Part shown: piece after piece, positions 47,240 through 61,486 of the stretch
Numbering within the stretch: the stretch's first letter is position 1
Layout: each line of letters begins with the position of its first letter
Assembly: GCA_001643675.2 (NCBI GenBank)
Contig: LSRY02000065.1
Location: forward strand, 124,001-188,000
Length of the DNA: 64,000 nt
Reading direction: 5' to 3'
Source: Monocercomonoides exilis PA203
Taxonomy: Eukaryota > Protista > Preaxostyla
Program-made: the position numbers and the translations under genes
The notes under the pieces: model-generated
Database searches by the model: none
What the model was told of the DNA's origin: nothing
Seen by the model: the letters and a program-made list of their open reading frames with translations, nothing else

Positions 47240-48500
47240 ATTCTGCATTCACTTGTTTGTTTGCTTTTCCTGGTTGATTATTCTCTGCCAATTCCAGCTG
47301 AAACGCCATTGCCTTCTTTGCAATGATGATGAAAAGAGGAAGAAGAGGAAGAACATATGTCGTGAATGAAATTCTTCTCTTTTTGTTGATGTGACCAGCG
47401 AAGTTGAGAAAAGTGAGAAGAGATCTTTTGAACATCTGGCAGAAAACTTGATAAAAGACGGCTTGCCAACATCAATCATGGCATAGGTGAAACATTTTGT
47501 GCGTTGCGTGAAACGGTCATTGACCATTGAAATATTTCTACTGAAACTGGTACACGATCAGGTGGAATAAGTTGGAAAATGAAAATCTTCTATCGATAAA
47601 TATCCATACTGTTTCCTGTCTTTTCAGCTGAATTTGAAATTGTGAATGGCTTCTTTCATAAATTGCATTCTCAAATAAGTTGTCATTCGCAATTCAAATT
47701 GATATTCCAAGAAATGGTGGCAGATGTCTTTATTGGTGAAAACAATCTTCTTCTCTTTCTTCTTCAAAATCATTAAATCCCTCACTCTATCAACAACAAG
47801 AATGAAAAAACAATATAAAAAATTTCAAAAACAATCAAAATGAATTTTTGAATCATTTCATGTGTCTTATTCAATTGAAAATGCTCGTTTTCCTCAATAT
47901 ATCTTCATTATTCCTTCCATTTTCCTGCTTTAACACCAGATTTGTTCACCATCATTTCTGGCAGTCTTTTCATCCACAAATGCACTGATTTCCTTTCCTT
48001 CAGAAAAAAAGTGAAGTTTTTGTTTTCTTTCTTAAGCCCACAGTTTTCAGTCAATTACATAATAAGTTTTTTCAGAATTCTTGAAAAATATGATATTTGT
48101 CAATAATCTTCCCCTCAACGCAGTTGTCATCTGAACTCGATATCTGTTTCTCATGTTCACCACAACCAAGGAGATATTTTCCATTTCAATAATCGTTCAT
48201 GTTCACAAGCTCTGTGAAGATGACGGATGGAAATATCTTCGCTGAAAATAGAACTACGAAATATACAATCATCCAACTGTACTCATAGGCCATTTCGGAA
48301 AATGCATTTCCTTCAAAGACGCATTTCTTGTAAATGATCTCGCTCAATTCCAAAATCAATGTCTCCTTGTCGCTGTCTCTTTCCATCATGCAAAATAATA
48401 ATATTGCCAATTCTGCAGAAAATATCCACTCACCGATCTCACATCAGGTCAATGGACATTATTTGTTCAAAAAATGTAATTCGATCAGACCTTCCATTAC
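47240..48500 (-). pseudogene. Highly diverged, degenerate paralog of the same helical family
   Basis: ELSEIIYKKCVFEGNAFSEMAYEYSWMIV resembles the family motif EIIQHHQEHHNLTQLAYQSAW; fragmented ORFs. Confidence 0.4.
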
Positions 48501-48687
48501 AAATAACAGAAAAAGACAAAGCGTTTTTTTTTCTCTGCAATTACACTTCAAGTAAACTAAAAATTGAAAGAATGGTGTGAATGCAGATATTTCTTTGGTA
48601 GTGCGAAGATTTTGTTCCATTTATTTTTTCACTTTTGTTGCATTTTGGTTTTAATTTGAATGGCAATATCATTGTTTTCTGATTGTG

Positions 48688-50104
48688 ATGTTTTTTTCAA
48701 AAATGCAGGAAAATGGTGCAGAGAAAGCATTCAATAGTTTGCTAACAATTTTTGTATTTGAATTATCGATGAATGTGATCATTTCTTTGTTTTTATTTTC
48801 AGAATTGTTTTCTGAGCTGGAAGATTGCAAAGAGGAAGAACAGAAAGTGAAAATCGAAGAGATAAATGAAGCGATGGAAGTGATGCGCAAAGAGGAATTA
48901 GAATCTGTTTTCACAAAAGAACAGTTCGATAAAATGGAACAAATGATTGAAGAAAAGAAAATGTTGATGGAAAATGCCATTCTAGTGTTGAAACATATAG
49001 GATATATGAAAGAACTGAAATTCACGAGCAACTTAAGTTTTGAAAGATCTTTACTGAGCAAAAGATTTGAGGAAATGATTGGTGATGGAAATGAGAAAAA
49101 AGAAGGAAAGGACGAAAAACTTTTGGATGATCTTTACGAATGCCATCTCTTGAATAAATGCAATGTTACTTCAAATGAAACACTAAAGATATACGTACGT
49201 CGCCTTCTGAAAGTTGCATTGAAGAAAGAGGAAAAAGAAGAAGTTGGAAAAGAAGTGGAAATGGCTCTAATGGCACTGAGTTGCATTCGTGAATATTTTG
49301 TATGCGTATTTCTGTTTCCTTTTTGATATTATTGTTTTTCCTCTTATATTTTGCAAGAGAATACTTAAAAAGCTGTATTTGGAAGAAATATCAGAAATAA
49401 TCCAACATCATCAGGAACATCATAATCTAACTCAACTTGCCTATCAATCAGCTTGGGGATTTTTGATCAGCAGATTTGTCAATGAAAAAAGCTTGGGAGA
49501 TGCTATTGTGAATGAGCTGCATTTTGCGAGAGAGGCAGCAAGAGAACTTGAAGAGCTGTCGAAACGTGTGGATTGGAAGAGAGGAAAAGAAACCAAAGAA
49601 GAATACATTTTATTGAGATGGTTCAGAACCTTCAATAATTTCTTTAGGGGATGCAAATTGTGGAATGAAGAATTTGCTGGGCTTATTGAAAGCATTGTTC
49701 GGATACTTCGAACAGCAAAGGATAATTATGGAGAAATAAGCAATCAATGCATTTCCTCCTTGAGAAATGCAGCAGATAGCACAGGTGTGAAAGTTGAAGA
49801 CTTGTTGAAAGGTGGAGCTGTTGATGCTGTTTTGGAGGAAATTCAGCAATCAATAATCGATCGCAAAACAGCATATGAATGCTTGAATTTTTTTTATTTC
49901 ATTTCATGGCGAATGAAAGAAAAGGGGGATGACAAAATGAAAGAGGCAAAGAGAAAGATAACCAAAAGGGAGTTGTTTGAAAAGTTGGAAGAAGAAGGGT
50001 ATGAAGATGACATCTCAAGCTTTTACAGATTGCTCTGCTTTCTAAAAAAAATATATTTTGATAAATTGCCAACGAACATTTCAGTCTATTTTGTGAATGT
50101 GTGA
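48688..50104 (+). CDS. Apparently intact member of a lineage-specific alpha-helical protein family, 3 exons
   Basis: Exons ~48688-48736, 48803-49299, 49358-50104 with GT-AG introns in consistent phase; paralogous to three neighbouring loci. Confidence 0.8.
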
Positions 50105-50371
50105 GAAAATGAATTGAATAATGCAACTCTATAGCATCATTTTCCTTTTGGCTTCATTTCACAATTCAACACTTGTCTTAAACTTTTTCCCTGCCCTTTT
50201 CACCACCATTTCTTTGAAAAGCAACCAAACAATGATTAAAGAAAATCGTTCCTTCTGTTCAATTTTCGACTCAATCAATAATTATCTTTTTATGAATCAA
50301 TTTTGCGTGTTTGCAATGTCTTTCAAATAATTCAAATGACCAATGAAGTTCCTCATTGAAAGAGAAAATCC

Positions 50372-50426
<55 letters not shown>

Positions 50427-50519
50427 AGTGAAGAAAGAGTGAAACAATTCATTGCTTTAAATCGAAAAAGTGAATTAAAAAGCTCACAAATAAGCAATGA
50501 ATAAAATAATTTTCAGTAT

Positions 50520-51910
50520 TTCAAATCAAAAAGTTTTGCCAGCTTGTTTCGATAATCCGAAAGCATAGCCTGATGATGTAACCTTCATATCCTTCTTTTT
50601 CCATTTTTTTAAATATCTTTCTTTTCACTTTTTTTCGCTTTGCGTCATCTTCACTTTTTATCAATTTTTCTTTCAGCCTTTCACAAAGTCCTCAAAAAAA
50701 TCCAAATATCATTTAATTTGCGAGAAACCAAATGTAGACTGGATTATCACCTCTAAAATCATGTTAAACGCTGCGCCTTTAAGCAAATTTTCAACCTTCA
50801 CAGCTTTGCAATTAGCTGCTTTTGATAATAATTCAATGCATTCCTTACAAATTCCTCTGTAATTATCCTTCGCTGTTCGAAATAACTGAACAATGCTGCT
50901 AACAAGCCACACAAATTCTTCATTCCACAATCTGCATCTGCGATAATAAATCTTTATCATTCGAAGCCATCTTATTAAAACTATCTCTTCTTTCACTTCT
51001 TTTCCTCCTTTTTCCTCTCCATCTTTTTTTTTCCAATCCATGCATTTAATCAGTGCTTCCAATTCTTTTGTTGCCTCTTTCACAAAATTCAGTTCATTCA
51101 CAATCGTATCTTCCAAGCTGTCATCATTGAACAATCTGTTCATTAAAAATTGCCAAGCAGACTGATAGGCAAGTTTTGTTAGATTTCTGTGTTTCTGCTG
51201 ATGTTCGATGATTTCAGTTATTTCCTTCAAATATTGTTCTTGTTTCACTTTCTAATCAGAAATAAAGGGGAAAAAAAGCAAACATAATCAAAATGAAAAA
51301 GAAGTGCCCATACAAAAACTCCTATTTCGCACAAAGCCAGCAACGCAATTTCCACTTCTTTTTGAACTTCCTCGCTTTCCTCTTTGACAGATGCAACTTT
51401 CAGAACGCAAGGCATACATGTCAAAATCAACTCCGAAGAAGCCCACCTGCTCAGCAAAAGATAGCATTCGCGAAGATCAATCAGTAGATTTTCGTTCTTT
51501 TCTTCTTCTTCTTCAAGATCCATCCTCTCAAAATTTTTGTTTAACAAAGATTTTAAAAAGTCGCAACCCCATATATTTTTCATTTCTTTGTAATGTCCAA
51601 TATGCTTCAACCGCAAAATTGCATTTTCCGAGGTTGTTTTCTCTTCTTCAATCATTTAATCCATTTCATTGAATAGTTCTTCTGTAAAAAATGATTAAAA
51701 TCTTTCTCCATTCACAAAATCAATCACTCTTTTAATTTCCTCTATTTTTTTTTTTTTATTTAGGCTTATTTTATGGATTTGGAGATTGTGCTGATTATGA
51801 ACAGAAACGGAAAATAAAGCAAAAGAGCATTTGTAAAGAATTTGAATTCAACAATGATACAAACCAGTGAACTTTTGTGCGTTGTCCTCTCCTCTTTTTT
51901 TGAAAATGAA
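50520..51910 (-). pseudogene. Degenerate paralog of the same helical family
   Basis: ORFs 51245-51655 and 50709-51248 (MIEEEK..ENAILRLKHIG; EIIEHQQKHRNLTKLAYQSAW); both ends are frameshifted or stopped. Confidence 0.8.
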
Positions 51911-52411
51911 GTGCATTTGAAAAACAACGAAATTTTGTCATTCACATTGAATTCACATATTTGATGATATAAGAAATTGGAGTTAAGTGAAAACTCAAAG
52001 TCACCACGAAAATATCAGCTTTAGTGAAATGTCTTTTTGCATCAGCTTTTTTGAAATGGACGCAGAGATCGAGTTGCTTTATAATTATCATTATTATTAT
52101 TGAATTGTTGAATGATCGAATTAAATATTCTTTTGCCTTAAATAATACGTAAGTTTTTTTATCAGAAAAAGTTTTGCAAAAAGCATATAGCTGAACGCAA
52201 TACCTCAATAAATTCAATTATAATCTTCATTACATAAAAGCAATGTACATTCGAAATTCATATTTTGATTTAAGATATTCTATAAATATGTTTGCTCACT
52301 AAAAATAATTTACAGCAAGTACATTAATCCATAAGAAAAGAAAAGTGATGACGTGAAGTTATTTGGTTAATTTTTGTTAATTATTGAAATGAATACCAAG
52401 CTTTCGAAAGC

Positions 52412-53197
52412 TCAAAATAGACTTGTTTGCTTCATAATCTCAATAAACTCGTTTTCATTAACTGAAAATAGAAAATATTAAAGAAAATAAAAAATGAATT
52501 AAAGATTAACATTTGACAATTTTGCAAACTCGCTCCATCTTGATCCTTATCAAATTCGTCAATCATTGCTTGAAGTTCAGTTTCAGAAAGATCTTCGCCA
52601 AGCTCTTTTGCAATTCGACGTAGCTGTTTGAGAGTGATTTTTCCTGAGTGGTCCTCATCAAAAATTGCAAAGGCCTTTCTCATCTCATCCTCAGGATTTC
52701 GCTCACTAAATTTACTTGTCACTAAAAATAGTTAATTTAAAATAAAAAATTTTTATTTTAACAGTTCAATTATTCAAATGGAATAATACGCATACTAATT
52801 TCAACAAAAGAATCATAGTCAATAGATCCATCATCACTATATTCTTCAAGAAGTTGAAGAACTTCTGCCTTTTTAATCTCTATTCCTAAAGAACGAATTG
52901 CAACCTGAAAAATAAATATAAATTAAAATTATTCAAAAAAAAAATGCAACAAACCTTTAATTCATAATAATCCAAGCTTCCTTTTCTTTTTGTATCAAAA
53001 AGTTCAAACGATTCTTTTATTTCTCTTTTATCCTGTTCTGATAATTCAAATTTTTGCTTTTTTCCTTTAGACTTTTGTAAATATGAAGTGTCAAATCTTG
53101 ACTGAGATGAAGGATATGATGATGAAGATGCGCTTCCAGTTGGTTCTCGTGACGACGCAAAAGATGATGGAAATGAAGGACGAGCCAACATTGACAT
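52412..53197 (-). CDS. CETN3: Centrin (centrin-3/Cdc31-like), 4 exons, with a Ser-rich N-terminal extension
   Basis: [34 protein letters not shown]..; [48 protein letters not shown]; stop TGA at 52412-52414. Confidence 0.9.
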
Positions 53198-53607
53198 ATT
53201 TCTTGCCAGCAAAAGGAAGTTGCACATCAAGAAAGCATAGGGATAAATAAAAAAACAACGCGAATTTGAAATAAAAAAGATACAATTTCAAAAATATGAT
53301 GATTAAAACAAAAAGCAAACTTATTTTTTTGAATAAGTGATCACAACCAAAAATTTTTTATCATTTCAACAAAAATCAAACTTTGAAGATTTCAATGAGT
53401 ATAGCACAGATTGTGGGAAAATTAGACAGTATAAAACATAGAGCAAAAATGGCTCAACGTTCTGAACAACAAAAAATGGATGAAATAACAAGATGGACAA
53501 CCACAGACATGTTTTGAGATAATTTTTTTTTCTATCAGGAATTGTTATCATTCGGATTTCTTTTATAAAGATGGAAAATTCCATATATTAGACCCAAAAC
53601 AACCGGA

Positions 53608-55094
53608 ATGAGAACGAAATCCGAGAAAATACATAGAGATTTTTTACGAACACTTTCACATGTTGAAGCGTTTGCTCTTCATGTTATTTTAATTTTTAAA
53701 TTTGTCGTGTTTAGAAGTGACAGAGTGAGAGAAACAACCTTATTTCCAACGCTATCTCCACGTATTTATCGAGAATCAACAACAAGCGAAAAAACGTCAA
53801 AATTTAAGCAAAAAACATCCTCCGAGCTGGAAGGGACAAATATAAAGGTTTAGCGTGAGTTTTGTTTCATGTCATTTTTGTGAAATTCTTTTGCTCCAGA
53901 AAAAGCTCAAGCAGAAATCAAAAGCATTGATCTTTTCACAACCAACAAATATTTCTAAACGAGAAAGTCTATCTTATCAATCTACAAAAGAACTACAAGC
54001 ATCCGAACAAGAAAAAAATACAACAAAATACTTGAATGTGCGGGAATCAAAGAAAGAAGCTCTTCAAAACCAAAAAGACTTCAACTCTTCAAGCAACATG
54101 AGGAATGTAGAAGTGAATCTTCCTTCAGATGAAATGATGACATTGGCAATACGGAGAAGCCCTCATCCTCTTTCAGCTTCCGATGCTGCTGTCACATCCA
54201 ATGAGACGCCTTTCCCTGTTGTGCGCACGCCCGCCTCACAGCGCAATTCATTTATTCTTCCATCAGAACTCGTCGGCTACACCAATTATGTCACCAGCAC
54301 ATACACAAAACAGCATTCGCAGTCAAATGATGCAACGATCGCAGGCTCCTGCTTAGACACCGATTCATCCACCCAGACAGCACTTAATCAGACTGCAGAA
54401 TGCTGCACATCAAATTCACAAGATTCACCTTCATCGCCACAACACCGCCCATCTTCCTCTTCCTCTTCCTCCTCTTCTTCTTCTTCTGCCACCTCATCCG
54501 CCACATCATCAACCTCATCCTTGTCCCCTCTGCCCGGCCACAGCGCTTTCAGCGTCCCTGCCCCGCCGCTGGTGCGCATCCAGGGCTCGTCAGTGACTCT
54601 CCCACACGATTCGAGGGCATTTCCGCAGTTCAGCGAGAACTTCATTCCGCTCCGCATTGGCCGGCCGAAGAGCGGCGAGTGGGTGAATGAGCCGATGGGC
54701 CCGTTTGTGCGGCACCTGCGGCAGAGCGCAGAGATGAAGAGGAAGAAAGAGAAGGAAGACAGAGAGAGGCGGAGGGAGCAGATGAGGAGGCAGAGGGAGG
54801 CGGCGAGGGAGCAGATGAGGAGGATGGGCGAGGAGGAGAGGAAGGCGGAAGAGGCAAAGAGGATGAGGGAGATGGAGATGGAGGCGTATAGGCAGAGGAT
54901 GGAGCGCAGAAGAAGAAGGCAGGAAAGGAACGAAAGATATCGCAATGGAGAAGAGTCGTCGATGGATGGAAGCGAAGAGAGAAGCAGAAGAGAAGAAAGA
55001 GAAAGAGAAGGAGATGAAGAAGAAGATGATGATGATATTGAAGATGATGAAGATGAAGATGATCAATGTGAGTATGAATTTGTGGCAGTTAACT

Positions 55095-55137
<43 letters not shown>

Positions 55138-57710
55138 GATCGAAGAAGAAGGAGAAGAAAATGAAGATAATGAAAATGATGATGAATCTGATGGGAACGG
55201 AGCAAGAAGAGCATCAAAACCAGTCTCTTCTTCCATTTCTGAGAGGAAAAAACAACAAAAAATGCAGAAAATGCAGAAAATGCAGCAAAAGCAGCAGAAA
55301 CAGAAGGAGAAGCATTTGCATGCAATGAAAGAACACATCCGCCATTTTGATGCGGGAGAGCCTGTGGATGACACAGTCACAGAAGAAGAAGGAGAAGAGG
55401 AAGGAAGAGAAAGAGAAGGAGGAGGAAGAGAAGAAGAAGGAGAAGAAGGAAATGTATTCAATGAAAATGCTCTTTTGAACAGAGGGCAAACGAGAAATGG
55501 CCAACATAAGAGGAGTTTATTTTCGCCTTTGGAATCTTCTTCTTTGACAGTGTTACCACTGCCTTCAATAACATCTTCTTCTTCTTCTTCTTCTTCTCTT
55601 TCTTCTTTGACATCATCTCTTTCTCCTTCTCCTTCTTCTTCTCCTTCTTCTTCTCTTTCCTTTTCTTTCCAACAAAACACATCGCCACACCATCCAATCT
55701 CTTCCAGCTGTTCAGAAAGCAGCCTGCCTTTTCCTTCGTTTCACCCGTCTTTTCACAAAAAACTGCCAACAGTTCCTTCTCTTCAAAGCATTTCCTTGTC
55801 TTCTCTTCCTTCTTTCTCTTCTTCTTCTTCTGCTTCTGCTTCTGCTTCTGCTTCTGCTTCTTCTGCTTCTTCTGCTTCTGCTTCTCTTTCAACCGCCGCG
55901 CCTTTCTCCACCGCAAGATCATCATTGCTAACATTGTCATCTTCTTCCTCTTCACCATTATTATCTTCTTCTTCCTCTTCCTCCTCTTCCTCCTCTTCCT
56001 CCTCTCCTTCTTCTCTCCCTCTTTCCTCTCGCTCATTCCATCGCTTCTACACTGGAGGCACTCTTGGCACAGACAGACAGGGCTCGTTCTATCTGGCTGA
56101 CCCACCAATAGACGAAATCGCCTCTTCTTTTGCTTCTCCTTCTCCTTCTGCAAAGGAGAAGGAAAATGAAGAAGAGAAAAAAGATAAAGAGAAAGAGAAA
56201 GAAGAGGAAGAGGATGAAGAAGATGATGATGATATTAATGAAAACAAACAATTAAACAAAGAAGAAATGATTCAAGAACAACTAAAAATCGACAGAAACT
56301 CCGGTTTCTCTCCATTCCAATCCGAAGGCGACGAAAACAACGAAAACGAGCTTTTTCTGTCTGTTTTTGAAGGAGCAGCGCAACCTCATCGTTTAGGCAC
56401 AATTGTTGATCCATTTGTGGATCAAGTGAATGAACAAGGAACGAATGAGAAGAAGGAGGAGGAGAAGGAGGAGAAGGAGAGGTCATTCACACAGGTGTCT
56501 ACAGCTCCTTCTTCGTTTGCGCAGCTTCCACCATTGCTATTGGTGGAGAATGAAGAGGAAGAGAAAATGGGGGAAGAAGAAGAAGAAGAAGAAGAGGTGG
56601 CGGAAGGAGAAGAGGAAGAGGAAGAAGAGGAGAATGATGATAGCAATGTTAATGAAGTTAAGGAAATTGGAAGGGAAGATGGAAAAGATAATGATGTTTC
56701 AAAGAAGAAGACGACGAAGACAAAGAAGAAGAAGGGTAAAAAGAAAGGAAAAGGAAAAATAAAAGGAAAGGAACTGAAGAGGAAGATGAAGAAGAGTGCT
56801 TCACAGAAAGAGAAAGAATTCAATGGTTTTCCTTCGTCTTTGGCTGCTCTGCCACTTTTGAGCCATTCTCAACTGGCAAATAAAGAAAGCGCTGAAATGA
56901 ATCAATCAGATGGATTAAAAGAAGAAGAAGAAGAAGATCGTGCTATTGAGGAAGGAAAAGAGAAAGAGAATGAAAATCTTAAAGAGAAAGACCATATTGA
57001 AAAGAAAGATACATCAAATTCTTCCTCCTCTTCAACATCCTCTTCTTCTTCATCGTCATCATCTTCTTCTTCTTCAGACGCCTCATCCACCACTTCATCG
57101 CCAAGTTCTCTTCATTCCCACTTCAACCAGCCACAAGTGCACACACAAACACAACCACTTAATTCATTTCATCCTTCTTCTTCTTCTTCTTCTTCTTCTT
57201 CTTCTTCTTCTTCCATTTCAACACAAAATAATTTTTTTTCATCAAAATTGGATGAAGAAAGAGAAAGAGAAAGAGAAAGAGAAAGAGAAAGAGAAAGAGG
57301 AGAAGAAGACAAACAAATGCAATTTTCAGATCAAAGTGATTCTTCTGATGAATCCATCATTATATCTTCAGAAATACATCCTCTTCTTCCTCCTTCTTCT
57401 TCTTTTTCCTCTTCTTCTTCTTCTTCTATTTCTTCTTCTTCTTCTTCTTCTTCTATTCATCTTCCTTCTTCTCTTCCTCTTTCTTCTTCTTCTTCTTCTT
57501 CCTTCTCACCTTTTTGTGCTGACGGCATTCGAAAGCTGTTTGAGACGCCTCGCAACAAGAAAGAGAAGCCGATGGTAGGAGGACTCCAGCTGAAAAGAGG
57601 GAAGCCACAGAAAGAGAGAGAAGAAGAGGAGAGGAAGAAGATGAAGGAGATGAAGAAAGAGAGGAGAAGAGGAAGAGGAAGAGGAAGAGGAGGAAGAGGA
57701 AGAGGAGGAG

Positions 57711-57743
<33 letters not shown>

Positions 57744-60700
57744 AAGAAGAAGAAGAAGAAGAAGAAGAAGAAGAAGAAGAAGAAGAAGAAGAAGAAGATA
57801 ACGATGATGATGTTTATGATGATGATGATGAAATGGATATGGATGAGCTGTGTGAAGAGTTTGAGCGGAGTGTGGCAGCAGCATCTGCAATTGCAAAGAA
57901 GACAAAGAAAATCGAAGAGAAACTGGCGAATGTCGAATGGGAAGAGACGAAGAAGCTGTTTCATCGCCATCCAAATGAAAATGGCAGTAACAATAGCAAT
58001 AACAGCAACAGAAGAAGAAGAAGAAGAGAAGAAGAAGAAGAAGAAGGAACAAATAATTATTCCATTGAATTTCCACAGGAAAATGAAGCGAAGCCAAATA
58101 ACATTAGTTCAAGTCCTTTTCGTGTTTCATCATCATCTTCTTCTTCTTCTTTATCTTCTTCTTCTCTTCCTCTCCACACCCGCTCCGCCTCTTCTTCTCC
58201 TCGCCCTCACTCTTCTCTTTCCTCTCGTCCACTTTCTGCCAGAAATTCAGCTGATTCACCGCTCAACGTCATCAAAGCTGTCCCTTCTGAAGTCGTTCCA
58301 AAGCTCTTCTTTTCTCCGGCTCATTATCTCCACTCCTCTCTTGCTGCTTCACTTTCGAATTCTTCTTCGGTTCCTTCTTCTTCTTCCTCTTCTTCTTCCT
58401 CCTCCTCCTCCTCCTTAACCTCTTCTACTACTTCTTCTTCTTCTCTTTCAAGTTCTTTTCCTTCAGACAACTTGAACAATAATCAAACAGATCTTAACAA
58501 TGAGCAAGAGAATTCAGAAGAGCCAGAAGCAAAAGAAGCAAACATCCAGCCAGAACAATCACACACCCCTCGAAGCTTCTATTCTGCCTCTCCTTCCTCT
58601 TCTCCTTTTCATTCTCCTTCTCCTTTCTCTTCTTCTTCCTCTTCCTCCTCTTCCTCCTCTTCCTTTTCCTCTTCCTTTTCCTCTTCCCCCTCTTCCCCCT
58701 CATCTGCTGCCTTGTCCCGTGCCCACAACTCCCTCTTTGCCCATCGCCAGCACTTCGCCTCGCTCAAACGCCGCTCAGCCGAACACTCTCTGCCCACGCT
58801 GATTGCCGTGACGGAGATTGTGGAAGAAGAAATCGCACACAAAAAGGCAGAGAAGGAGAGGATCAGAGACATCGGGAAGAGGCAGATGGAAGAGCGAAGG
58901 AGGAGGCTGAGGTTTGCGAGGGACTCCAAAAGCAGCTTGTCTGCTCACAGGATGTGCGGGCAGAAGATGCAGATGAATGCTTCTTTGGTTTCTTCTTCAT
59001 CTTCTTCCTCTTCTTCCTCTTCTTCCTCTTCCTCTTCCTCCTCTTCTTCTTCACCTGATCCATCTCCTCCACCACAAGTGACACCAATTCCTCCTCCTCT
59101 CCCAACTGCCAATCTGATGCAGCGCCAAAGACCTCGTTCAGCTATTCGCCCTTCTTCTTCATCTTCCTCTTCCTCTTCTTTCTCCTCTTCCTTCTCCAGA
59201 CCCTCCTCCTCCTCCTCTTCTTCTTCTTCTTCTTCCTCATCATCCAACCTCTTCCTCGATTCCTCCTCTATTCCACCAGATGACTCGCACTGGCGCCGCA
59301 TGCTCCGCCCCTTCGATCCATCTGTCCTTCCCTTCAACATCACCCCAGACACTCACTCTTCTTCTTCTTCTTCTTCTACCCTCTCTTCTTCTTCTTTCTC
59401 TTCTTCTTTCCCCTCCTCTTCCTCTTCTTTCATTGCAAATGCCTCAGCAGCTGAGCTATCTGCCACTTTCAAACAGAACCGCAGCCCCTCCTGTTCCATC
59501 CGCACTGCTCAAACAACGCCTCTTTCGGGTGCTCTGTGTGATGCAGCAATAAGAGCAAGGCTTCCAAGCAATTGGAGCATCGACCTCAGAAAAGTCGGGT
59601 TTAGAAGAGACAACGAGGAGATGGCAGCGGGAAGAGGGAGGGAAGGAGGGAGAGAAAGAGAAAGAGAATATCAGCATCCAATTCCATTGCTCCCTGCCAC
59701 ACGTGTCCCTGTCACTTCACCACAGATTGTGCTGTCATCTGTTCATAATGTGCCTCAACGATCATTTTCTTCTTCTTCTTCTTCTTCTTCTTCTTCTTCT
59801 TCATTTCCTGACTCACATGCTTTCTCTCAATCACACAGTCAATCCACTTCTCCTTCTTCTCCTTCGTTTTCTCCTTCTCCTTCTCCTCCTTATTCTTCTT
59901 CCTCTTCTTCCTCTTCCTCCTCTTCTTCATCATCTCATCTTTCTCAGCACTCCTTCGATGCCCTCACCCCCACCGTCACTCCGCTCTCTGATTTTGCTCC
60001 TCCGTCTTCCTCTTCTTCCTCTTCTTCCTCTTCTTCCTCTTCTTCCTCTTCTCTCTTCGAACCAGAACCAAAAATGTCTCTTTCTGACGTCACTCCGCTT
60101 TCCTCGTCCTCCTCACGAGGTGAAAGAGACTCTTATTCCATTCCTTTCTCTCTCATCCTCGACACCACACCTCGTTATGCTCACACACTTCACAGCAATT
60201 TGACTTCTCCTCATTCAAAAACCCCCTTTTCTCTTTCTCCACGCAACTCCACACGTGGCAGTGGAAAGCAGATGAATGCAGCGGAACATCAGCACTTTCT
60301 GAATGCATCTCAAAAGATGGGAAGAAGAGGAGGGGGAAGAGAAGAGGAAGAGAAAGAGAGGAAGGAAGAAAAAGAGAAGAAAGAGATAAGCAGTTGGGAA
60401 GAGATGGAAGCAGCAGACACGAAAATACAGTCACCAAAGATGAGATCATCACTTGTGATGCACTCTGCTTATCGCTCAAACAATCCAATGAAGGATTTTG
60501 CATCTTCATCATCATCATCATCTTCTTCTTCTTCTTCTTTCTCTTCCTCTATCTCATCCACCCGCACCCCTTCCTCCATCCGAATAGAAGCACATCCACA
60601 ATATGGCATCGCTGGACACAAAGTGACGATGAATGAGGTCGAAACTGCGCCTTCTGTGAGAAGCAGCATCGTCTTTGCTGACGAAAGAAACAGCCGCACA

Positions 60701-61174
60701 CAACACACAATGAGATGGCTGCCTTCTCAACAGCATTTTTCTTCTTCTTATTCTTCTTCCTCTTCCTCTTCTTCTTCTTCTTCAAGTGATCAAAGGAATA
60801 CCCTCACTCTCCCCACCACTCCTCCTCTGAAGCCTCCGTCTGCCTCGAAGCTGCTCTCAAAGACGGCTGCTTTGTCCCACACTCAAAAGCCTTCACTTTC
60901 TGCTCAGAGACACAAAAACAGCTCAAAAGGAAACAAAAAGAAAGGGAAAAGAGCAATTGTGGCTTCGACAATTGCAGAGGAAGTGGAAGGGAGTGTAGAT
61001 TCAGAGGGGAAAGGGAAAGAGAAAGAGAAAGAGAAAGAGGTGAAGAAAGAAGAAAACGAAGAAGAAAATCTTATTTCTTCAATTGCCAGTGGTTCGCCAG
61101 TTATGCCTCAGGTTTATTCTTCTCCTGCTTCGCGAACTGTTTCCTCGCTTTCGCAGCATCAGCTGTTGGCTTGA
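53608..61174 (+). CDS. Very large low-complexity, probably disordered hypothetical protein (~2450 aa)
   Basis: 7.3-kb uninterrupted ORF (53855-61174) plus small 5' exons; poly-S, poly-E, poly-D, (RE)n and RG tracts; no recognisable domain. Confidence 0.7.
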
Positions 61175-61486
61175 GCTTGTTTGTATGTAATGAATGTTAG
61201 CTTTTACGTCGACTTATTTGCATCTGCTTGATAAGTTCCTTCTTTTATTAATAAAAGTCTTTTATAGGCATAATTATTTTTGAATGTTTCGTTTCATATG
61301 TATTTTTATTCTTCTTTTAAAAATTTGGAATATTGATATTTTTTTTGTTGAATATTTATGTATCTATTCCAAATATAAAAGTTTTATTTACAAAACATTT
61401 TTCCTTAAGTTTATTTCAATCTATCAAAATTCGTTTTTGAAATGATGACCCATATAATATTTTGTCTGAAAAAACGACTTTTGTTT

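Noticed and set aside
50373-50425. Long poly-T tract as the poly(A) tail of a retrocopy of the 50.5-51.9 kb pseudogene
   Set aside because: That pseudogene retains its introns, and I see no target-site duplication.
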